Part shown: positions 33,756 to 39,692 of the stretch, piece after piece | Layout of the letters: every line of letters starts with the position of its first letter | Numbering within the stretch: the first letter of the stretch is position 1 | DNA from: Bacteroidota bacterium | GTDB lineage: Bacteria > Bacteroidota > Ignavibacteria > UBA10030 > UBA8401 | Reading direction: 5' to 3' | Assembly (NCBI GenBank): GCA_019455105.1 | Contig: JACFMZ010000014.1 | Location: 1 to 39,692 of the forward strand | DNA: 39,692 nucleotides | Position numbers and translations under genes: made by a program | The notes under the pieces: model-generated | The model's input: the letters and a program-made list of their open reading frames with translations, nothing else | Told to the model about the DNA's origin: nothing | Databases searched by the model: none

Positions 33756-34261
33756 ATGCTGTTTCATCGTACGTTGGAAAAGAATTGGAGTGGGTTCAGC
33801 CGAACATCTGGAAGCGTGAATATGTTCTGCAGGTAAAAGAGAATGAAGAGAGGCCGGCGTCGCTCGTTATAACAGGAGTCTTCAAACGAGTTGTTACGGT
33901 CTCCGGTTTCGGCGGAACGTGGATTTTTACCAAGCCGAGTATTTGGCGCAGCACAATTGATATTACCGAATCAGGCAAGGCGCTGCCGTTTGCACAATTC
34001 AGCGCAAAAAAATTCGGTAAAGAGGGATTGATACAATTGCCGAAAGGGGAGCGACTGCGCACTGTGTTGAATGTATGGAAAGGAAAATTTTCCGTTCTTT
34101 CCGATTATGATATTGAACTTCTTGTTCAGGAAAGAGTTATCGGCATGAAACGTAATGCAAAACTTTTGCTTCTTAAGGAATCAAATCTTTTAGAAAAATA
34201 TCCGTGGGTTATAATGCTGGTGTTTTATCTTCAACTCATGCAAAATCAGCGCTCTTCGTAA
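33752..34261 (+). CDS. hypothetical protein, no recognisable domain, C-terminal hydrophobic segment
   Basis: 169 aa, translationally coupled to the RHH ORF. The C-terminus 'YPWVIMLVFYLQLM' is hydrophobic. Confidence 0.5.
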   Translation: MNAVSSYVGKELEWVQPNIWKREYVLQVKENEERPASLVITGVFKRVVTVSGFGGTWIFTKPSIWRSTIDITESGKALPFAQFSAKKFGKEGLIQLPKGERLRTVLNVWKGKFSVLSDYDIELLVQERVIGMKRNAKLLLLKESNLLEKYPWVIMLVFYLQLMQNQRSS

Positions 34262-34272
34262 TAGTTGAATTA

Positions 34273-35184
34273 TTAAAATATACTTATACTGACATATCTC
34301 CCGGGATTTTGTTTTATATCTTTCACCAGAGCATTTAAATTTACCGCAAGACTGTCGAGATGATTATACAGACTGTCTTTTTGAATCAGCTTTCCGAGAG
34401 TTCCTTCGCTGTTATCAACTTTTTTAAACACGCTTTCAATGGATTTGCTGGCTTCGCCGAAGCGCTTTGCGGCTTCTTCCATTGTTTTGGCGGTGTTGCG
34501 AATGCTGTTTACGCCGTCATCAATATTTCCGCGCTGAGTAACAGCAAGCGTATCAAGCTGAGCGGCGAACTGCGTTAACCGCTGAGAAAAAATGGAAAAA
34601 TTTCCCAGTGCATAATCAAGATTGCCTCCTTGTTTTTTCACCACCTCTTGAAGCTCGCGCGCTGCACGGCTGAATTCCAAAAGCGTTACTTGAATATTTC
34701 GTCGTGTCGGCTCGTCGAAAGTAGTGTTTACCCGCTCGAGAATTCCCAGCACGTTTGTAGAAATGGGAGAAAGCGTAGAAGTAAGTTCCGTTAAATCTGC
34801 TTCATACGCGCCGGTGAGAGTATCGCCCGGCTGTAATGTTTCCGTTAACACTCCGGGAGTTATGGCAATTTGTTTTCCTCCCATAATAGAAGAGCTTTTA
34901 ATAAACGCTTTTGAATCTTTGGAAATACGTACATCCTTTTGAATAGAAACATCAACGGCGATAACCGAACCGGAAAGGCGCAGGTCGTCAACTTTCCCAA
35001 TTGTTAACCCGGCAATGGTAATAGGACTTCCGTCCGTTAATCCGTTCACATTATCGTAGTAAATTGTCAGATGATATTCTTTTGATTGGAAATTGAGACC
35101 TTTGAGGTACACAATTCCGATGATAAGAACAGCGGCGGCAAGAAAAACCACAATGCCGATTTTTGCGTCGTTAGAAAGTTTCAT
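34273..35184 (-). CDS. mlaD: MlaD-like MCE-domain protein (ABC transporter substrate-binding periplasmic component)
   Basis: 303 aa. N-terminal TM, an MCE domain ('YHLTIYYDNVNGLTDGSPITIAGLTIGKVDDLRL'), and a long C-terminal helical tail. Confidence 0.8.
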   Translation of the reverse strand: MKLSNDAKIGIVVFLAAAVLIIGIVYLKGLNFQSKEYHLTIYYDNVNGLTDGSPITIAGLTIGKVDDLRLSGSVIAVDVSIQKDVRISKDSKAFIKSSSIMGGKQIAITPGVLTETLQPGDTLTGAYEADLTELTSTLSPISTNVLGILERVNTTFDEPTRRNIQVTLLEFSRAARELQEVVKKQGGNLDYALGNFSIFSQRLTQFAAQLDTLAVTQRGNIDDGVNSIRNTAKTMEEAAKRFGEASKSIESVFKKVDNSEGTLGKLIQKDSLYNHLDSLAVNLNALVKDIKQNPGRYVSISIF

Positions 35185-35191
35185 ACGTCAC

Positions 35192-35923
35192 CTATATTTG
35201 AATTTCGCTTTCAATATATTTTCGAACTTCGGGATCGGCGCTGCTGCGAAGTTCTTCTTTTGTTCCGGTTAAAATAAATCTGCCGTTTTCAAAAATTGCA
35301 AACCGGTCGCCGATTACAAATGCGCTGTGAATATCATGCGTAACAACAATGGAAGTTACGCCGAGCGTTGTTTTAAGTTCGTTCATTAGAAGATTAATTC
35401 CGTCTGCCGTTTCAACATCAAGTCCCGTAGTTGGTTCATCATAGAGCATATATTTCGGTGTCAGCGCAATGGCGCGTGCAAGCCCGACTCGCTTTTTCAT
35501 GCCGCCGGAAATACTGGAAGGCATTAAATGTTCAACATTGTGTAATTTTACCAATTCTAAAGCATACTGCACGCGTTCGGAAATATCGCTCTCCTTGTAT
35601 TCAGAATGACGGCGAAGCGCGAGTTCAATATTTTCACCGACGGTCATAGAATCGAACAGCGCGGCGCCCTGAAACAAAAATCCGAATTTTAACCGCAGTT
35701 TTTGCAGTTCGCGATATTTCATGGTTGTTACTTCAAAACCATCGACAGTGATTGAGCCGGAGTCCGGTTGTAATAAGCCGATAATCATTTTCAATAAAAC
35801 ACTTTTGCCGCCGCCGCTTTTTCCGAGAATGACAAGCGTTTCACGGTCGCGCACTTCCAGATTCACTCCTTGGTGAACATGTTTTTCGCCGAATGATTTA
35901 AAGATATTTCGAAGAATAATCAT
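35192..35923 (-). CDS. mlaF: ABC transporter ATP-binding protein, MlaF-like
   Basis: 243 aa. Walker A 'GKSGGGKS', signature 'ISGGMKKRVGLARA', Walker B 'LYDEPTTGLD'. Confidence 0.85.
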   Translation of the reverse strand: MIILRNIFKSFGEKHVHQGVNLEVRDRETLVILGKSGGGKSVLLKMIIGLLQPDSGSITVDGFEVTTMKYRELQKLRLKFGFLFQGAALFDSMTVGENIELALRRHSEYKESDISERVQYALELVKLHNVEHLMPSSISGGMKKRVGLARAIALTPKYMLYDEPTTGLDVETADGINLLMNELKTTLGVTSIVVTHDIHSAFVIGDRFAIFENGRFILTGTKEELRSSADPEVRKYIESEIQI

Positions 35924-35938
35924 AACCGGTAATTTTTC

Positions 35939-36739
35939 TTACAACAGTACGGATGCCAGAATAAAATCCATAACAACAACCGTTAAACAGGTCAACACAA
36001 CGGTATTCATGGTTGCCCGCGCAACGCCTTCGCTTCCTCCTTCCACAATAAAACCGAGATAACAGGAGATGGAAGTAATAATATATCCGAACACAACCGC
36101 TTTAATAATTCCAAACACGGCGTCCCATGTTTCAAATGAACTTTTCATTCCGGAAATAAACGCTTCGACAGGAATTCCGGCAACCGCAGAAGCGCCGAAC
36201 ATTCCGCCGAGAATTGCCACAAGGTCGCCGAAGATAATGAGAATCGGAAACATAAAAATTCCCGCCAGCACGCGTGGCGTTATTAAAAATGAAATCGGGT
36301 CGAAAGCAAGCGCTTCAAGCGCGTCAATCTGTTCCGTAACGCGCATGGATCCGAGTTCTGCCGTAATGGTGGCGCCGACTTTTCCGGCGAGTACTAGCGC
36401 AATGAGCAGAGGGGTTAATTCCAATAAAACAGATTTTGTTACCAGTGCGCCGACAACTGTGCGCGGTATCCAATCGTACAATTGATAGGAAGACTGTACC
36501 GCGGTAACCATGCCGACAAACGTAGAGACAAAAATAACAATGGGAATGGAATTATTTCCAATCATCACCATCTGCTGAGTGATATTTCTGGAATATTCTT
36601 TTGCGTTGCGCAAATTGCGGATCATCCACCAGGTGATGCTGAGATACTTTCCAAGAAATTCAAAAAAACGGGTTGTGGTTTTCCCTATTTTGGAAAACGG
36701 ATGAAATGAAAAAGATTTCCCCGAATATGATTTTGACAT
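35939..36739 (-). CDS. mlaE: ABC transporter permease, MlaE-like
   Basis: 266 aa, with the polytopic MlaE/YrbE topology. Confidence 0.8.
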   Translation of the reverse strand: MSKSYSGKSFSFHPFSKIGKTTTRFFEFLGKYLSITWWMIRNLRNAKEYSRNITQQMVMIGNNSIPIVIFVSTFVGMVTAVQSSYQLYDWIPRTVVGALVTKSVLLELTPLLIALVLAGKVGATITAELGSMRVTEQIDALEALAFDPISFLITPRVLAGIFMFPILIIFGDLVAILGGMFGASAVAGIPVEAFISGMKSSFETWDAVFGIIKAVVFGYIITSISCYLGFIVEGGSEGVARATMNTVVLTCLTVVVMDFILASVLL

Positions 36740-36959
36740 AGAATTGAATTTTTACTCGCTGGCATAATATTGAGAATTACGGAAAGAAATGCAAGAAAGG
36801 AAGACGGAGATTGATGGAAATCAACAAGAACTGTATGAAGGGAAAAGGGAAATTTTTTTTGATTTGACAGAGAAGAAAAATTACCGGTACAAATAGTTAA
36901 TTATTAAAAGGAGATATTATCTTCTCGTTCCCCAATTCCCATTTTGGGAACGCAAGTTT

Positions 36960-37069
36960 TTGAAACTAAAATTGATCTGTATTATAAATTTTATATCGTG
37001 TGCGTACCATTGCTTGCTCGGTAGGTTTTGTTGGTTGTTAGCGAAGCAGAGCTTCTAACTCATTTTATT
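36960..37069 (+). ncRNA. candidate small RNA: sigma70-like promoter, roughly 74-nt transcript, intrinsic terminator
   Basis: TTGAAA (36960-36965), a 17-bp spacer, then TATAAA (36983-36988). Downstream is the hairpin 'gttagcGAAGCagaGCTTCtaac' (37037-37059) followed by 'tcattttatt'. No plus-strand ORF is available here to be terminated. Confidence 0.25.
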
Positions 37070-37112
37070 CCCAACAAGATGTTGAGAATGAGAGGAAAAG
37101 TGAAGAACAGCC

Positions 37113-37248
37113 CTGTAACGTTTTGCGGCTTGGCGTTCGGGCGGGATTTTAGCACTACCGTTCAATCGAAGCCGAAAACTCGAATATAGCAGAAAGCGTC
37201 AAACGAAGCACTTCGCCCCGCCTGACGCCAAACCGCTGTTAGCCACAG
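37113..37248. repeat. Roughly 136-bp palindromic (terminal-inverted-repeat) element, copy 1. MITE-like or structured-RNA-like.
   Basis: The left arm 'ctgtaacgttttgcggcttggcgttcgggcggg' and the right arm 'ccccgcctgacgccaaaccgctgttagccacag' are imperfect reverse complements. A core 'ttttagcac....gttcaatcgaa' recurs in copy 2 at the window end. Confidence 0.55.
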
Positions 37249-37252
37249 TTTT

Positions 37253-37645
37253 TTACTTCATTGAATGTAGTCCAATGGTGTTTCCCTCTGTGTCCATTAC
37301 AACTGAACAAAATCCGTAATCTCCGATTGACATTTTCGGATTTAGAACTTTACCGCCTGCACTTTCAACACGACTTTCTTCAACTGAACAGTCATCACAA
37401 GCAAAGTAAACCAATGTTCCACCTGCACCGGGTTTCATATCTTGCATTTTTACTAATGCACCGCTAATGTTTGGCTCTCCTTCTTCCCAAGCAAAACTTA
37501 CCATTTGCATATCCCCAAATTCTGGCGACATTGGAAGTTCACTCAATTTAGTTTGCAATACTGTTTCGTAGAATTTTTGGGCTCTGCTCATATCATCTAC
37601 ATAAATTTCTACCCAAGTAAATGGGTTTTTAGATTTTGTTGTCAT
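37253..37645 (-). CDS. VOC-family (glyoxalase/bleomycin-resistance/dioxygenase fold) protein
   Basis: 130 aa. 'NPFTWVEIYVDDMSRAQKFYETVL' is a typical VOC beta-alpha-beta-beta-beta N-terminus. Confidence 0.65.
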   Translation of the reverse strand: MTTKSKNPFTWVEIYVDDMSRAQKFYETVLQTKLSELPMSPEFGDMQMVSFAWEEGEPNISGALVKMQDMKPGAGGTLVYFACDDCSVEESRVESAGGKVLNPKMSIGDYGFCSVVMDTEGNTIGLHSMK

Positions 37646-37662
37646 TTTTATTTGTTTTTAAA

Positions 37663-38025
37663 TTATTGTCTTAAAATTTTTTCCATTTTCTTGCCTTTTG
37701 CCAATTCGTCAATTAGTTTGTCTAAATATCTTGCTTGTTTTGTCAAAGGATTTTCAATTTCTTCAATTCTGTAACCGCAAATTACGCCTGTAATCAGTTG
37801 TGCTTTTGGGTTTAATGTTGCTCTTTCAAAAAACGTTTCAAATGTAACTTTTTCGTTAATGAATTTTTGTAGTTTCTTGTTATCAAAGCCTGTCAGCCAT
37901 TCAATAACTTGGTGCAATTCTTCAACCGTTCTGCCTTTCGTCTGCACTTTTGTTACATAATGCGGATAAACGGAAGCAAAAGTCATTTTTGCAATTCGTT
38001 CGTTATGTTTGTCGTTTTCTTTCAT
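37663..38025 (-). CDS. DUF2200-like small protein
   Basis: '[37 protein letters not shown]' matches my recollection of DUF2200. I chose the start at the second Met (MKENDK) to avoid overlap with the upstream gene. The track ORF extends to 38082. Confidence 0.5.
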   Translation of the reverse strand: MKENDKHNERIAKMTFASVYPHYVTKVQTKGRTVEELHQVIEWLTGFDNKKLQKFINEKVTFETFFERATLNPKAQLITGVICGYRIEEIENPLTKQARYLDKLIDELAKGKKMEKILRQ

Positions 38026-38032
38026 TCTGTAT

Positions 38033-38494
38033 TTAACGTTCTGTTTTTGGTTCTTGTTTTCGCATAAAATCAAACGCACCAATACGCAAATTGATTCCGT
38101 GTTCTAAATATGCTTTCATAAAAGCAAGGAAGTTTGCCCAACCTTCCGTGTTGCCACCAAACCATTTTAGGTTTTCTTCGGTTAGTTCTTTTTCGCCTTC
38201 CGTTACCCGCACAACAACAGATTTGTTTGGCTGTTCTTCTAATTTAATTGTTACGGTTGTTACGTTGTCCCAAACAAAAGAGATAGATTTATTTCTTTCA
38301 ATTTTAATGTTGTTCACAACGCATTTGTATTCTGGAAATTCGCCCCACGTCCAAAATATTTCTTTTTCTTCTTCAAGTCTTCCCGAACTTTCTGAAATGA
38401 AATATTGGGTCATTTTTTCGGGATTAACAATGCTTTCAAAAACTTCCTCAATTGGTTTTTGAATTTGTATGGCTGTTTTTATTGTCAGTTTCAT
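38033..38494 (-). CDS. SRPBCC-superfamily (AHSA1/START-like) protein
   Basis: 153 aa. '[40 protein letters not shown]' is typical of the Aha1/SRPBCC fold. Confidence 0.6.
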   Translation of the reverse strand: MKLTIKTAIQIQKPIEEVFESIVNPEKMTQYFISESSGRLEEEKEIFWTWGEFPEYKCVVNNIKIERNKSISFVWDNVTTVTIKLEEQPNKSVVVRVTEGEKELTEENLKWFGGNTEGWANFLAFMKAYLEHGINLRIGAFDFMRKQEPKTER

Positions 38495-38499
38495 AAATA

Positions 38500-39060
38500 T
38501 TATTTGTATTTATCGTTCAGTCCAACCCCTTGTAAAATCATTGGTTTTATTTTTCCTAAGCGGCTCAGTTTTGTTGCTTCCTGTTTTGCTTCGTTAATAT
38601 ACACGATGTATTCCTTTTGTTTACCCGGTGTCAGCTTTTCAAAATTCGCTTTCAGGCTTTTATCTTTTTTCAATTCATTCATCAGCAATTCGGGAACAGG
38701 CAAAGGTTTGAATTTTTCAGGCTGTATTTTCAGCCCTTTCTTTTCTATTTCTATCGCCTCTTTTATATACTCAAAAATTTTATTTTCATTAATTTCATCT
38801 TTGGAAGTAAAACGCCATTGACGTAATGATTTGGTTTTGCCTTCTTGTGCATTGACCAATACTTTGTATTTATCTTTCAAGAAAACACCGTTGTAAAACC
38901 ATATCGTAAAATAATTCTTGAAACCCCCATAGCTAACTACATTTTTACCGTTGTATGTAAAAACTTCCGCCCCCCATTTTACAGATTTTTCTAAAGGCAT
39001 TTCGGAAATGATATTTGACAGCATTTCCAATTCCTCCGTCCATTTATTATTGTTTTGCAT
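38500..39060 (-). CDS. DUF1801 / YdeI-OmpD-associated family protein
   Basis: 186 aa. N-terminal DUF1801-like region and C-terminal 'LTPGKQKEYIVYINEAKQEATKLSRL', typical of the YdeI family. Confidence 0.55.
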   Translation of the reverse strand: MQNNNKWTEELEMLSNIISEMPLEKSVKWGAEVFTYNGKNVVSYGGFKNYFTIWFYNGVFLKDKYKVLVNAQEGKTKSLRQWRFTSKDEINENKIFEYIKEAIEIEKKGLKIQPEKFKPLPVPELLMNELKKDKSLKANFEKLTPGKQKEYIVYINEAKQEATKLSRLGKIKPMILQGVGLNDKYK

Positions 39061-39073
39061 TGCTGTTCCTCTT

Positions 39074-39565
39074 TTATAGATTACGCTTTTTTGTTCGTAT
39101 AAAAATCATTGCAATTGCAGTTGTTACAATTCCCATAACTAACGCACCAATAAGTCCTTGAATAACATAATTTTGGAAATTGAATTGGGCTTCTGCCTCT
39201 GCTGTCGTTTTGAAATACCCCAACTCAACGGAACGTTTAATTACGTTTGGAAAATATTCGGGTGTAATAACATACGAAGTTATCCATTGTGTTAGCGGAC
39301 TAATCAATGCAATGAAAACAGACAAAATAATTCCCGAAAAAAGTCCTTGTTTGTAGTTCATTTGTCCGTCATAGAAGTTTTTCTTTTTGTCTTTTAAAGC
39401 CATTACCATTACGATAATTGCAGGAATCGCAAAAAGATTTGTCAAGTAAAGGTGATAATCAATATATTTTCCGTGCAGTCCGCTTAGTTTTTCAAGCAAC
39501 ATCCAAAGTAAGCCAACCACACTAAAGATGATTGCCCATTTGATTTCAATTTTGATATTTTTCAT
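39074..39565 (-). CDS. DUF4199-like membrane protein (Bacteroidota-type)
   Basis: 163 aa. 4-TM pattern with 'KWAIIFSVVGLLWMLLEK...LFSGIILSVFIALISPL...', resembling DUF4199. Confidence 0.5.
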   Translation of the reverse strand: MKNIKIEIKWAIIFSVVGLLWMLLEKLSGLHGKYIDYHLYLTNLFAIPAIIVMVMALKDKKKNFYDGQMNYKQGLFSGIILSVFIALISPLTQWITSYVITPEYFPNVIKRSVELGYFKTTAEAEAQFNFQNYVIQGLIGALVMGIVTTAIAMIFIRTKKRNL

Positions 39566-39628
39566 TTTCCTACTGTTAATTACGTTTCAAATTTACACTT
39601 AATTTCTGTCGGTGGTGTGTCGTCCTAA

Positions 39629-39692
39629 AATTGTGGCTAACGGTTTGGGTATTGCCGAAGGCGGGGTTTTTTAGCACAAAAGTTCAATCGAA
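39629..39692. repeat. Copy 2 (left part only, truncated by the window end) of the palindromic repeat seen at 37113-37248
   Basis: 'tgtggctaacggtttgggtattgccgaaggcggggttttttagcacaaaagttcaatcgaa' aligns, with a few indels, to the reverse complement of the copy-1 right arm plus the copy-1 core 'attttagcactaccgttcaatcgaa'. Same orientation as copy 1. Confidence 0.5.

Noticed and set aside
33579-34261. RHH ORF plus the downstream 169-aa ORF as a classical type II toxin-antitoxin pair (for example RHH antitoxin with GNAT or PIN toxin)
   Set aside because: The 169-aa protein shows no GNAT motif A (Q/R-x-x-G-x-G/A) and no PIN acidic quartet that I can recognise. The RHH is coupled upstream to an SPFH gene, not at an operon start, so I left it unassigned.
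34296-34312. 'tcccggga' 8-bp perfect palindrome followed by a T-run near the mlaD 3' end
   Set aside because: It lies inside the mlaD coding sequence, has no loop and a stem too short for a terminator. It is more likely a restriction-site-like palindrome by chance.
36925-36960. Hairpin 'cgttcccc-aattcccatt-ttgggaacg' followed by 'caagttttt' on the plus strand
   Set aside because: There is no upstream plus-strand transcript to terminate, and on the minus strand it lacks a U-tract. It may be part of the mla promoter/UTR structure, so I did not call it a feature.

Overview
The window looks like the chromosomal replication-origin neighbourhood of a moderate-GC bacterium, with accessory modules at the right-hand end. 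The very long YidC and a DUF4199 gene suggest the FCB group (Bacteroidota/Ignavibacteriota-like). Sampled 60-nt lines in core genes were roughly 42-50% GC. The layout, left to right, is as follows. (1) A minus-strand operon ilvB-ilvN-gltB-gltD-ilvC-cimA, with glutamate synthase embedded inside a branched-chain amino-acid operon. It is preceded by a 49-codon Ile/Val/Leu/Thr-rich leader ORF that the ORF track omits, plus alternative hairpins typical of transcription attenuation. (2) mnmE-mnmG-rsmG-murQ on the plus strand, ending in a terminator, then uppP-dedA and a bidirectional terminator. (3) The classic origin core: rpmH (found by hand, 48 aa), rnpA, yidD and yidC on the minus strand, divergent from dnaA-dnaN-recF-DUF721(DciA-like)-gyrB-gyrA. 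DnaA-box clusters lie both upstream of dnaA and in the dnaA-dnaN spacer, the latter with an AT-rich stretch. GyrA carries a roughly 50-aa lysine-rich C-terminal tail. (4) A tightly coupled lipoprotein / coiled-coil / small-protein trio. (5) An SPFH(band 7)-RHH-unknown trio with ATGA start/stop overlaps and its own sigma70-like promoter. (6) mlaFED on the minus strand. (7) A 500-bp gap holding a candidate small RNA and a roughly 136-bp palindromic repeat. (8) A low-GC islet of five small genes (DUF4199, YdeI/DUF1801, SRPBCC, DUF2200, VOC), sampled at roughly 22-37% GC and bracketed by two direct copies of that repeat. I found no rRNA, tRNA, CRISPR array, transposase or integrase.
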